Translations under genes and position numbers: made by a program | The notes under the pieces: model-generated | Told to the model about the DNA's origin: nothing | The model's input: the letters and a program-made list of their open reading frames with translations, nothing else | Databases searched by the model: none | Assembly (NCBI GenBank): GCA_937868205.1 | Contig: CALMMC010000124.1 | Span: forward strand, 33,046-97,045 | Reading direction: 5' to 3' | DNA from: an uncultured bacterium | Lineage (GTDB): Bacteria; Acidobacteriota; Aminicenantia; Aminicenantales; UBA4085 | Length of the DNA stretch: 64,000 bases | Part shown: positions 46,551 to 56,256 of the stretch, one piece after another | Position numbering within the stretch: position 1 is the first letter of the stretch | Layout: each line of letters begins with the position of its first letter

Positions 46551-47566
46551 TTCGATTCCGTCCCAAGCTCGTCCCGAACCAGGGCGAGCTTCATCAAGAG
46601 ATCGGCCATTTCGCCGGTGTCGAGACGCCGGGTGTTGTGGGAGTTATAGTCGTTTTCCTTCGAAACGCGCTCCTGCCCCTCGGTGAAATAAAGATTGTAA
46701 TCCAGTCCTCGGTTGTCGGCCGGGATGCGGTAGTAATCCCCGAGGTCCTCGGCCCGGGCCAGCTCCTCCCGGGTCAGCAGCGTTTCGTAAAGCTTTTCGC
46801 CGTGGCGGGTGCCGATACTCTGAAGGGGATTCCGGGCCTTGAAGATCTCCAGCAGCGCCCGGGCCAGCGTCTCGATGGTCGCCGCCGGCGCTTTCTGGAC
46901 GAAGATGTCCCCCGGCCGGGCATTTTTGAAGGCATAGAGAACGAGATCGACGGCGTCGTCGATCGTCATCATGAACCGGGTCATCTTTGGATCGGTGATC
47001 GTCAGCGGCTTCCCCTGCTTGATCTGCTCGATGAAAAGCGGGATGACCGATCCGCGCGAGGCCATGACGTTGCCGTACCGTGTCCCGCAGAAAACGGTCT
47101 TTTCGTTCCCGCCCAGGCGGGCCTTGGCGACCATGAGCTTTTCCATCAGGGCCTTGGACAACCCCATGGCGTTGATCGGGTAGACGGACTTGTCGGTCGA
47201 GAGGACGATGACGCTCGAGGCCCCGGCTTCGGCCGCGGTGTTCATGACATTTTCCGCGCCCAAGGCATTGGTCCGGATCGCCTCCATGGGATAAAACTCG
47301 CAGGACGGAACCTGCTTGAGGGCGGCCGCGTGAAAGACGAGATCGACGCCGGCCATGGCCGGCGCGAGGCTGTCGGCCTGGCGGACATCGCCGATGATAA
47401 ACTTGAGCTTGGGGCTCTTGTAGGCCAGCCGCATGTCCTCCTGTTTCTTCTCGTCCCGGGAGAAAACGCGGATCTCCCGGATGTCGGTCTTGAGGAAGCG
47501 GCCGAGGACGGCATTGCCGAACGTCCCCGTTCCGCCGGTGATAAGGAGAACCTTGTTTTTAAACAT
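46547..47566 (-). CDS. fnlA: UDP-N-acetylglucosamine 4,6-dehydratase/5-epimerase (inverting; FnlA/CapE/WbjB family)
   Basis: MFKNKVLLITGGTGTFGNAVL...IRVFSRDEKKQEDMR...FIIGDVRQ closely matches the CapE/FnlA N-terminal consensus. Confidence 0.85.
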   Translation of the reverse strand: MFKNKVLLITGGTGTFGNAVLGRFLKTDIREIRVFSRDEKKQEDMRLAYKSPKLKFIIGDVRQADSLAPAMAGVDLVFHAAALKQVPSCEFYPMEAIRTNALGAENVMNTAAEAGASSVIVLSTDKSVYPINAMGLSKALMEKLMVAKARLGGNEKTVFCGTRYGNVMASRGSVIPLFIEQIKQGKPLTITDPKMTRFMMTIDDAVDLVLYAFKNARPGDIFVQKAPAATIETLARALLEIFKARNPLQSIGTRHGEKLYETLLTREELARAEDLGDYYRIPADNRGLDYNLYFTEGQERVSKENDYNSHNTRRLDTGEMADLLMKLALVRDELGTESK

Positions 47567-47641
47567 GGGCGGATCATTTCCCCCTGAGGGCGTTTTTCAT
47601 CACAGCGATTGGATTCAAATTATGCCTCCTCCCGGATGAAG

Positions 47642-48592
47642 TCAAGGCGTTCGGCGGCGATCCGCGCGGGCGGAAAGAACCTCGCGCAGCTTGAGCAGGA
47701 CGTAAGGAGCGGCGTAAAGGCCGCGCGAAAGGATCTCGACGGCCCGCTTCGGAAGCCGGCCCCGCTGCTCGAGGCGCTTGACGGCCGCGTCGGCCCGATG
47801 GCACATCCGGTAGCCCAACCTCGTCGCGCCATCGATTCTTTCCGCCTCCGGACGCGCCCGGTCCCGGATGAACTCCTCCCAAATCTGGGCCTTGGCTTGG
47901 AGTTGGACGCGGGCCCGCCGGGCCGCGTTCCCCCCCCGGATCCGGACCCGGGTCAGGACTTCGGGAACCGCCGCCAGCGGATATCGGGCCGCCAGGTTGA
48001 TCCAGAAAAGACTGTCTTGGCCGTAGCGCATTTTTTCCGAAAAGCGCAGATTCGGGCTTTCTCTCAGGATCTCGGCCCGGATCATGACGCAGGGCGTGGC
48101 GATGGGGGCCGATCGAAGGCATCGGAGAAAGACATCCCCGCGGCAGGCCGAGACATCGACCGTTTTCTCGGCCCGGCGAGGATTTCCGCCGCGGAAAAGC
48201 GTATAACCGGTATGCGACCACGCCGCGCCCGTCGCCGTCATGAGGCCGAGTTGTTTCTCGATTTTCCGTTCCTCCCAGACATCATCCGAATCGAGGAACG
48301 CGATGAACTCCCCGGCGGAGTTCTCGATTCCGAGATTTCTCGCTGAGCCGGGACCGCCGTTGTCCTTGTGGAAATAGCGGATTTTTCCGGCGAAGCGGCC
48401 AAGGACGCCTCCCACATCCTCCGGCGAGCCGTCATTGACGAGGATGATCTCCGTGTTTTCATATGTCTGGCGGACGGCGCTTCCGACCGCTTCCTCCAGC
48501 CAGCCCGCCCCGGCGTAAAAAGGGATGATGACGCTGACTTTAGGCGTCAACCGCCCGTGAATCTGATCGAATCCCTTAAAAAGTCCAAGCAT
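47642..48592 (-). CDS. Glycosyltransferase family 2
   Basis: VSVIIPFYAG...VNDGSPED...LDSDD (DxD) GT-A motifs. Confidence 0.8.
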   Translation of the reverse strand: MLGLFKGFDQIHGRLTPKVSVIIPFYAGAGWLEEAVGSAVRQTYENTEIILVNDGSPEDVGGVLGRFAGKIRYFHKDNGGPGSARNLGIENSAGEFIAFLDSDDVWEERKIEKQLGLMTATGAAWSHTGYTLFRGGNPRRAEKTVDVSACRGDVFLRCLRSAPIATPCVMIRAEILRESPNLRFSEKMRYGQDSLFWINLAARYPLAAVPEVLTRVRIRGGNAARRARVQLQAKAQIWEEFIRDRARPEAERIDGATRLGYRMCHRADAAVKRLEQRGRLPKRAVEILSRGLYAAPYVLLKLREVLSARADRRRTP

Positions 48593-48659
48593 TTCTTATC
48601 CGGCCAAGCCATCGCATCGGCCGATTTGATATTTTTTCGGGAGACCCTATCAAAAGAAA

Positions 48660-49524
48660 TCAGCGCTTCTTCGCCAAAACGATATTAATCATCCCGGAAT
48701 TGGGAACAATCGACGAGGCCACACGATAAAGAGGATTCATCACATGTCGAAGAATCGACGCGCCTTTCGGCAGAGAGATATGCGTATCCGCAGAGCGTGT
48801 CATTAAAACATTAAATCCATAGTGATGGACAATATCGATTGTCTCGGCCATCGTGTACTCCCGCACATGACCGAAACCGTGGACCCAGATTCCGTCCCCA
48901 TGTGAAGACGCCGACTTTTCCTCTTTGTACACTCGATACACCGGATCGAGCACCGCCTTCCCCATAATCGCTTTGATGCGTTTGCTGAGCATCGCGATAT
49001 TTTGGAAGAGAAAAGACCAGAATCCCTCCCGCTCTAAGAATTTTTTTTATTTCCGAAAACACTTTTCCCGGGCCTGTATTCAAATGTTCAAAAACCTCCG
49101 TAAAAACGACCATGTCCATCTGACCGGGAGAAAACGGGATTTCATCTTTTAAAAGGTCACACACGCAATGCTCTATTCGATTTTTATGACATCGATCCGC
49201 TAGGAGCGAAGTGAGATCAATCGTGAACATCCGTACATTTGGAAAACACTTTCGATAAACAAACGTCATCGGCGAAGTACCAATATCAAGAATCGCCGAT
49301 TCCTTCCCTTTGGGCAATATCCTCAGGCCTTTTTGGATCATGAGGACATTCTGCCGGACAGATTCCTTATGGTTTATGAAATATTGTTTTTCGACGTTTC
49401 GGCTTTGTCCCAAACAGTTGTCGTCCGAAGAAAGGGATATTTCCATAATCACTTTTTCAAAAGAGGCCTTGAAATCCGGATCATCTTCGCGTGAATGCCG
49501 CCATTTAATACTACGGCGCGTCAC
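48660..49524 (-). pseudogene. Class I SAM-dependent methyltransferase interrupted by a single-base frameshift (extra A in a run at 49000-49003)
   Basis: N-part (ILDIGTSPM motif I ... FSEIKKILRAGGILVFSLP) in one frame; the protein-like continuation NIAMLSKRIK...WVHGFGHVREYTMAETIDIVHHYGFNVL lies in the +1 frame (ORF 48660..48992); the original-frame continuation is G/R-rich nonsense. Low-GC region. Confidence 0.6.
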
Positions 49525-49526
49525 GT

Positions 49527-50654
49527 TTATTTCATTCCTTTTTCTTCAAGGATTCTCACTAATTGTTTTGCGTGCCGTTCCTTTTTATCGCATAAATAAG
49601 CGATGATCGTCTTTGTTCCTTTTTCCGCGATGCTGGATTTATTATCGTAGTCCTGCAAAACACTCCGGATCGTTTTTGCAATATGCTCGGGATTTTTTCG
49701 CAAGATCCGGTAGCAATTATACCCATCTTTCATCAAATACGGGATCGTTCCGACGAACGTCGTGAGGATCGGAGTTCCGGCGATCATGGCTTCATACAGG
49801 ACCCGCGGAAAGCCCTCATGGTGCGTCGGGAGAACGAAGAGGTCGGCTTGCCGGTACATTCTTTTCAAGAAATCCCGATCGGAGACAACCCCGTGAAGGC
49901 GGATCCATCCGCCAAGGTCCTCCTCCGCGATGATTTGTTTGATCTTCGCCGCATCCGCTCCGTCGCCGACCATGTCGAGGCTGAAGTCGACTTCCCCCCT
50001 GTCCTTCAGGATTTTCACCGCTTGGACGAGATCATAGGAGCCTTTCGGCTCTTCGACGCGGCCTACATAGAGGAGGCGATAATGATCCCGTCGCTCATAC
50101 GTGCGGCCGGAAACGATATCCTTCTCCCCCTCTTCCATCATCGGACGTATTGTTTGCGCCTCGCCTCCTCCTTTCCTGATGATTTCAGTGAATTGAGGCG
50201 AGATTGTCAAAGAAATCATCGCTTTCCGAAATAATATTTTTGAGAGGCGAGACCGCATCCCTTTTTCCCCCCGGATATAAAAACCAAATGGTTTTCTCCA
50301 TAGGACGGCAAAGATGGCCATAAAGAGATTGATATTTCCGGGATAATATAGATAGAGAAAATCATATTTTCGGACGATTTTAAATCCAACAATCAACCCT
50401 TGGATATAGGCGGCGTATTTTATTTTCCCCCTCGATATCGATATGATTTTAATATCGCGGTCATTGATTTTGTAATCAAAGATACTGTTTTTTTCCTGGT
50501 TTTTAATACGAAATTGGAAAAATCCTACCTGTTCAACAAGATGGGACAATTCAACAAGGAATCGGCCGTCACTTCGAAAGATAAACAAATCGTTGCCTTT
50601 TTCAAGCATGACATTATTTCTAACAAGAAGGATTTTCATTTTTTTCCATGCCAT
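49527..50654 (-). CDS. Glycosyltransferase family 4 (low-GC, horizontally acquired)
   Basis: EGFPRVLYEAMIAGTPI (E-x7-E motif); about 45% GC against about 66% background. Confidence 0.8.
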   Translation of the reverse strand: MAWKKMKILLVRNNVMLEKGNDLFIFRSDGRFLVELSHLVEQVGFFQFRIKNQEKNSIFDYKINDRDIKIISISRGKIKYAAYIQGLIVGFKIVRKYDFLYLYYPGNINLFMAIFAVLWRKPFGFYIRGEKGMRSRLSKILFRKAMISLTISPQFTEIIRKGGGEAQTIRPMMEEGEKDIVSGRTYERRDHYRLLYVGRVEEPKGSYDLVQAVKILKDRGEVDFSLDMVGDGADAAKIKQIIAEEDLGGWIRLHGVVSDRDFLKRMYRQADLFVLPTHHEGFPRVLYEAMIAGTPILTTFVGTIPYLMKDGYNCYRILRKNPEHIAKTIRSVLQDYDNKSSIAEKGTKTIIAYLCDKKERHAKQLVRILEEKGMK

Positions 50655-50660
50655 TCCCGC

Positions 50661-52118
50661 TTACGCGCCGCTCCCCGCGAACGGGCTTCCTTCCGCCGCC
50701 GGTTTCCGAACGAATTTTTCAAACAACCAGACGATCGCCGCCGGCCAGAGGATGCCGCGCAAGGCGGTGAAGTAGCCCGAGCGGGGATAATAAATGGAAA
50801 ACGACAGGGAAACGACGTAAGCGATGAGGTAATAGAGATGGACCTTGTCGATCGCCCCCCTCTGGAATTTCATGTTGGCATAGCCGAACAGCATCATCAT
50901 CACGAGGACGCCCGCCGCTCCGAACGAAATATAAACGTCGGCGATGATCGTATTGCCGAGGCCGGCGCCACGAGCCCCCCCCTCGTACTCATGATACGTC
51001 AAAAGCTGCCCGGAGGAAATGTCCTGGAGATCGACATGAAAAAGCGTAACATACACGCTCTGCAAGCCGGGGACGACGCTGAGGATTTGAGTCAAGAATG
51101 TCCGCCCGAGCGTGCGCTCGTTATTTTGAACATAGCTCACGGCGAGATAGAGATTGCGGTTGTTGACGATCATGTCCCGCCCGAAATCAAAAACCGATTC
51201 CGGCACGAATCGTTCCGCTCCCCGCTTATAGTATGCGATGATAGTGCTTTCGTCTTCCCGCGTGTCGTCATAAACCGTTCTCGCCTGCGAGACGAACATC
51301 ATGAGATACATCCCGGCCGCAATGAGGATCGCGAAGACCATCAGCCTCAGGGGACGGAGGAACGTCGTGAACAAGGCGCCGTAGATCAGGACGATTTGAA
51401 TCGCCGGCCCGCGGTCTCCGACATAGAGGAAAACAAAAACGGCGAGGACCGACAGCCCGACGAGACGCGGCCGGAAGACCCGAAACAAGCTTCTCCCCCG
51501 TCCGTCATCGTGAGGCAGCCGACCGACGAAGGAGACCATGAGGGCCAGCGGGAAGATCCCTTGAAATGCGATCAAGAGATACTCCGAGGCCGCGCTGTAG
51601 GCGTTGAAAACGCCCCGGGCGATGTTGTCGCGGGAAAAGAAGACGAAGAGCGCGAACAGGGCCAAGGAAAGGACAAACAACGGCGTTTCGAGCGGTCGGT
51701 ACCGCTCCGCGTCCCAGCCGCCCGGCGGAACGTTCTTGATTTTTCCGCCGAACACCGCGCCCAGGATGTACGCGTTCATGCCGAGGAGGGCCAGGGCCGT
51801 CGAAACGGTGATGAGAGAGGGATCGAATCCCCTCTCGAAGACCTTGAAGAGAAACGGCCGGTTTGGATAAACGAAGACGGGATAGACGAAATGGACGAGA
51901 AAAAATCCGATGATGAAGAGGACATGAAAATTAAAATAGTTTCCGAAAAGACTCTTTTTGATGAACCAGGCCGTTGAAGCCAAGAACACCGCCAGCACGG
52001 CCGCGCAATATCCCAGGGAATAATCGTCCGGGGCGAACGCGTACAGGGCGAAGCTGAGGACGAGGAAGAAGAACGCGACGGCCAGAGTCAGGCGCTGAGC
52101 GGAAGGACGGGCGGTCAT
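50661..52118 (-). CDS. wzy: O-antigen/oligosaccharide repeat-unit polymerase Wzy
   Basis: 485 aa, about 11 TM helices, no soluble domains; sits between a GT gene and wzx as in Wzx/Wzy-dependent loci. Confidence 0.65.
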   Translation of the reverse strand: MTARPSAQRLTLAVAFFFLVLSFALYAFAPDDYSLGYCAAVLAVFLASTAWFIKKSLFGNYFNFHVLFIIGFFLVHFVYPVFVYPNRPFLFKVFERGFDPSLITVSTALALLGMNAYILGAVFGGKIKNVPPGGWDAERYRPLETPLFVLSLALFALFVFFSRDNIARGVFNAYSAASEYLLIAFQGIFPLALMVSFVGRLPHDDGRGRSLFRVFRPRLVGLSVLAVFVFLYVGDRGPAIQIVLIYGALFTTFLRPLRLMVFAILIAAGMYLMMFVSQARTVYDDTREDESTIIAYYKRGAERFVPESVFDFGRDMIVNNRNLYLAVSYVQNNERTLGRTFLTQILSVVPGLQSVYVTLFHVDLQDISSGQLLTYHEYEGGARGAGLGNTIIADVYISFGAAGVLVMMMLFGYANMKFQRGAIDKVHLYYLIAYVVSLSFSIYYPRSGYFTALRGILWPAAIVWLFEKFVRKPAAEGSPFAGSGA

Positions 52119-52823
52119 TTATCTCGCGTATTCAAAATGAACGAAATCCGGCTCGTAATATTTTTGAACCGCGTTCTTCATTTCCCCGGTATACCGTTTT
52201 TCCTTCGCCGCCGGGCGGAACGACAGGCGAAAGACGATTCCGGGGTGTTTTTTGATGATTCTCCAGCCCCGAACAGCATGAGTTCCCGGGCTCAAACCGC
52301 TCGAATCGTTGAGATTTTGAAGCCGCGCGCCGCCGAGGTTCAACCGCCGGGCGACTTGGGCGAAATCCTCGTTGATCGTCTCCAGCTTCCCGACGTAATC
52401 AACGAGCCGAGTCCCCGATTCATCATACACATAGGACGACATGGGCTTGATGAAGTAATGGAGACTCGGATCGCCGAACAGACGAGGAAGCTCGTCTAGA
52501 ATGAACGTTTCAAACGAGACTAGACGGGCGTATCCCAGGTACTTGTAAAAAGAATAAACCCGGTCATAGGGATTCCGGACGAACGCGAATTTAAAGTAGG
52601 CGTCGAACGTTTCTTGGTTGACATATCCATATTCCACATATTCCCGGGCCGTCAGGTGGGACAGGATCCCGGGCCCCCGATCTCCCCGGTTGACGATCCC
52701 CAGAAGAAGCGATTCCCGGCGGGCGAAGTCCAGGCCGAGCGCATCGAGAAAAACCTGCTCAATGCTGATGCCCGCCACTTTCGGGATGTGAACAAAAATG
52801 CATTTGTATTCATGAGACAACAT
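52119..52823 (-). CDS. Sulfotransferase (Sulfotransfer_2 / carbohydrate sulfotransferase-like)
   Basis: N-terminal PAPS 5'-phosphate-binding region (IFVHIPKVAGIS) and FVRNPYDRVYS 3'-phosphate-binding motif. Confidence 0.7.
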   Translation of the reverse strand: MLSHEYKCIFVHIPKVAGISIEQVFLDALGLDFARRESLLLGIVNRGDRGPGILSHLTAREYVEYGYVNQETFDAYFKFAFVRNPYDRVYSFYKYLGYARLVSFETFILDELPRLFGDPSLHYFIKPMSSYVYDESGTRLVDYVGKLETINEDFAQVARRLNLGGARLQNLNDSSGLSPGTHAVRGWRIIKKHPGIVFRLSFRPAAKEKRYTGEMKNAVQKYYEPDFVHFEYAR

Positions 52824-52850
52824 CGAAACGCCGTAACCTCCGTCCCGGAG

Positions 52851-54413
52851 TCATGGGATCTCCGTAGTGTTTTCCGCCTTGAGCCGCTTTTTTATTCTCA
52901 GGATCTGCGCCGCTTTTTCTCCGACCACCCGGCCGTAATCCAGAAACTGCCGCCGCTCGGCCTTCGTCGCGATCAGGACGTAACATCCGGCGAAATAGAG
53001 AAGGACGCTGAAAACGGCGACGGCCGCCCGGCCGAGGAATTGATCGAACCCGGCCAAGCGGATGATCCCCCAGGCCGGCAGCAACACGGCCGCCGTCATC
53101 GCCGATGACTGGCCGAAGATCCGGATCCAGACGCCGCGCCAGCGGGCCTGGACGGCCTTTAATCCATACACGATATTGAGACACCCGCAGAGGAGGCTGC
53201 CCCCGCACAGGCCGATGGTGACGGAAAGATAGGGGTTCCGCGTCAGATGAAACAGGGCGAGGATCGCGGCAAACGGCACGAGGACAAGGGCGATCAAGTA
53301 GATGAGCACGACGGTCTTCAACCGGCCCAGTCCCTTGAGCATGTGATGGGCCGAGGACGTACTGAGCTGGAAGGAGACGCAAGCGAACAAAGCGAACGCA
53401 TAGGGCGCCAGAAACGCATATCGGGACCCGACCCAGATCGTCAGGATGTTCCTCGTCAAAAGGCCGGCCGCGATCACCCCGGCCAGGACGAACATCGTCG
53501 TATACCGCATGCTGCGAATGAGCAGTTCCTTGAGCATCGGCTGGTTTCCGACCGCCTCGTAGGCGCTCGTCAACGGCATGACGGTGATCGTCATCGGCCG
53601 GATGATGTCGGCCAGCACCGAGACCGGCATCAAGATGCTCGCCAGGTGCGAGACGAAGCTGGGAGAGACCATCCCGCCCATCAACCACCGGACGCCCGTC
53701 GAATTGGCGGCGAGGGAAAAATTCACCAGGACCGTCGCTCCGCCGAAGGCGGCGATCAGCCGGAAGCTCGTCCAGTTGAAAAAGCGCGGCCGGTTCTGCA
53801 GTCCGGGGACAAGGCGATAGGCGATCGGGACCTGGGACGTCCGCGAGAGGAATAAAAACACCGCCGTGATGACGACGACGCTCTCGAGGGACGGCTTGAC
53901 CAGTTGAAACCAGGCCACGATGGCCAGGAGGCTGCCGTATTTCGAGACCGTGTCCAGGACGGCGCCGACGTAATAACGCTGCCGGGATTGAATCACGGCC
54001 ACATACGGCGTCAAGGGAACGATGAAGAGAACGATGAGGGCGACCACGGTCAGGGCGGTTCTCATCGGGCTGGAGGGCGCGATGAATAATATCGCCGCCG
54101 CCAACAACCCGCCGCTTGTCACCACCGCCAGGAGAAGGGAATAAACAAAGCTCGAGGAAACGATTTTTTTGACCTCGTCCAGGCGTCCCTGGGCGAGAAA
54201 ACCCGCGCTGTACTTGACCACGCCCTGCTGCAGGGCGATTTCGAGCTGAACGACCGACATCAGCAAAGACCAGATCAGGGCGTAGAGGCCGTATCCTCCC
54301 TCTCCGATCGTCCGGATCAAGTAAGGCACCAGAATGACCTGGGGAACGATCAGGAAAGCTCGGGTGATCCACATGATCGCGGCGTTGGAAAGAACTAAAT
54401 GGGACTGTCGCAT
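52851..54413 (-). CDS. wzx: Oligosaccharide flippase Wzx (MOP superfamily polysaccharide biosynthesis protein)
   Basis: 520 aa, 12-14 TM helices, typical Wzx-like N-terminus; the overlapping alternative-frame ORF 52810..54372 is R/G/P-rich and rejected. Confidence 0.8.
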   Translation of the reverse strand: MRQSHLVLSNAAIMWITRAFLIVPQVILVPYLIRTIGEGGYGLYALIWSLLMSVVQLEIALQQGVVKYSAGFLAQGRLDEVKKIVSSSFVYSLLLAVVTSGGLLAAAILFIAPSSPMRTALTVVALIVLFIVPLTPYVAVIQSRQRYYVGAVLDTVSKYGSLLAIVAWFQLVKPSLESVVVITAVFLFLSRTSQVPIAYRLVPGLQNRPRFFNWTSFRLIAAFGGATVLVNFSLAANSTGVRWLMGGMVSPSFVSHLASILMPVSVLADIIRPMTITVMPLTSAYEAVGNQPMLKELLIRSMRYTTMFVLAGVIAAGLLTRNILTIWVGSRYAFLAPYAFALFACVSFQLSTSSAHHMLKGLGRLKTVVLIYLIALVLVPFAAILALFHLTRNPYLSVTIGLCGGSLLCGCLNIVYGLKAVQARWRGVWIRIFGQSSAMTAAVLLPAWGIIRLAGFDQFLGRAAVAVFSVLLYFAGCYVLIATKAERRQFLDYGRVVGEKAAQILRIKKRLKAENTTEIP

Positions 54414-54500
54414 AAGGCGAGACTTGAAAGCGCGGGTCGTCAGAGAACGGCGTCAGCCTCCCTTTCGTTCTTCATCCCGCTGTTTTCAACGTTCAAATCG

Positions 54501-55610
54501 TCAATCCGTCGATGGATTTGATTTATCTCGGGCTCTGGCCTGGTCGCGGAAGAAAGCGATCCCCGAGGAAAGACAGAATCCGATGAAGGCCGCGACGAAA
54601 ACCATCATGGTCTTTCGCGGAGAGACGGGCTTGACCGAAGGCGACGGATCCTTGACCAGCTGGGAATAATCGATCCGGTTTTTCTTGTCTTCGAGAAGCT
54701 CGATGTCGTTTTTCGCGTTATTCAGCTCGATCTGGATCTGTTCGATCTGGTTGTCGACCTGTCGCATAAGCTGTTCGTTGTTTTTGATCGCATTCGTCAA
54801 GTCCTCGATGTTCACTTTCTCCGAGCTGACCTTGTCCTCGAGAACGGTCATGTACCGGATGTTTTGCTGGACTTCGTTGGAATAGAGAAGAAGAGCGAGC
54901 GTCTCTGTTCCGTTCTTCTTTTCGGCCAGCGTTTTCCGCTGAAGTTCGTCCAACTCGGCGATGCGCGTTCTCACCGACCTCATCTCGTCCTGGATGCCGG
55001 CGACACGGCGTTCGGAAATGGCTTTTTTGTTTTCGTCCGCGGCAATGTTCTGGCGGATCTTTTCCTTCTCGATTTTTTTTGATTCGATCCGGAGCTCATA
55101 ATCGAGGATCTTGTTTTTGGTTTGGTCGATTTGGTTGTTGATGTTGCTGAATTCGACATCGATTTTCTTGTCGAACTCGCTTTTCAAATGGTTGAAGAGG
55201 GCGAAAAGAATCTCCCGTCCTTTCTGCGGCTCCCGGACGCGGATGGAAATCCGGACAAGGTTCGTGTTCCGGATGTTATCGGATTTCAATCTCGGGAATT
55301 TCTTGTAATCGATGTTCATTTCGGCGGCGATCAGGGCGTTATAGGAACCCTCGCTGATTTGACTCGCCACCTGCCCGGGATTGACCGCCAGAATTTCCTT
55401 GAACTCGCCGGTTTCCGTTTGGGCGAGGAATTTGCTCGGGACGACGATCGCTTCCACCTCCCAGGCCTTGGGAAGGAAATAGGACAGGATTCCGGCCGCC
55501 ACGGCGAGGGCCGCCGTCGCGATCAGAATCCGCCAGCGGTGTTTCCAAGAAACGAGGATGTATTCCGTCAAATCAACTCCTTCAAAAGCTTTTTGATCTT
55601 GCTGGGGCAT
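54501..55610 (-). CDS. wzz: Polysaccharide co-polymerase / chain-length determinant (Wzz, PCP family)
   Basis: TM1 near the N-terminus, long coiled-coil periplasmic region (EKIRQNIAADENKK…), TM2 near the C-terminus (MMVFVAAFIGFCLSSGIAFF); lower GC; start taken at the ATG with an AAGGA Shine-Dalgarno. Confidence 0.75.
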   Translation of the reverse strand: MPQQDQKAFEGVDLTEYILVSWKHRWRILIATAALAVAAGILSYFLPKAWEVEAIVVPSKFLAQTETGEFKEILAVNPGQVASQISEGSYNALIAAEMNIDYKKFPRLKSDNIRNTNLVRISIRVREPQKGREILFALFNHLKSEFDKKIDVEFSNINNQIDQTKNKILDYELRIESKKIEKEKIRQNIAADENKKAISERRVAGIQDEMRSVRTRIAELDELQRKTLAEKKNGTETLALLLYSNEVQQNIRYMTVLEDKVSSEKVNIEDLTNAIKNNEQLMRQVDNQIEQIQIELNNAKNDIELLEDKKNRIDYSQLVKDPSPSVKPVSPRKTMMVFVAAFIGFCLSSGIAFFRDQARARDKSNPSTD

Positions 55611-55663
55611 CAAGCCGTCCTTTACATCAGATTTTTTTATCGATTACGAGCTTGGAAAAAGGG

Positions 55664-56149
55664 TCAACGCTGGCGGATATCCTCGGCCTCATAGGCCAGG
55701 ACATACGCATCGTAACCGTCGATGGGGACACGGCCGACTTTCTGCCAATCGCCCTCCGGCAGGAATGTCGTTCGGGCGTAGCATTTCTTCAAATCCGCCG
55801 CTCCCCTCGATTCATCCGCGGAAGCGAAATGAAAGGTGAAGCTGTGATACAGCTTCGGATGCGCGGCGATGATTTGATCCAAGGCGAGCCTCGAGATTTC
55901 CAGAAGCTTGTCCCTCAACGGCCGCCCCTCGACCTGGATCCAGTAGAACCGGTTGACCGGCGAGACCCCGACCGATTCCGTCTTCAGAACCCTAATCTTC
56001 ACGCCCGTCGCCTCCGAAACCGCGGTTTCGTTGATTTCCGCAATCACCGCCGCGGCCGGTGGCGCGGGGGCGTCTTGGGCTTTCCGGCAAGACGGGATAA
56101 GCAGGCTGCCGATCAGGACGCTGCAGGCAAGCAACCCTTCCCTTTTCAT
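55664..56149 (-). CDS. Hypothetical lipoprotein
   Basis: Signal peptide with a lipobox-like LIPSC; no recognisable domain. Confidence 0.45.
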   Translation of the reverse strand: MKREGLLACSVLIGSLLIPSCRKAQDAPAPPAAAVIAEINETAVSEATGVKIRVLKTESVGVSPVNRFYWIQVEGRPLRDKLLEISRLALDQIIAAHPKLYHSFTFHFASADESRGAADLKKCYARTTFLPEGDWQKVGRVPIDGYDAYVLAYEAEDIRQR

Positions 56150-56256
56150 GCTCTTCCTCCCTCACAAAGTCCTTCCTTGCCCCTAGTGTGGACTAAACGG
56201 CTTTGGGAATCAAGCTCTCTCCGAACGAAGCGCCGGGCGAAGGGAAGGAAGACGGA

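Noticed and set aside
49044-49053. T8/A8 homopolymer as a programmed or erroneous frameshift site in the methyltransferase
   Set aside because: The reading frame is intact across the run (…FSEIKKILRAGG…); the actual frame break maps to the A4 run at 49000-49003.
52810-54372. Alternative-frame 520-aa ORF overlapping wzx
   Set aside because: R/P/G-rich; the wzx frame gives a coherent 12-14 TM flippase.
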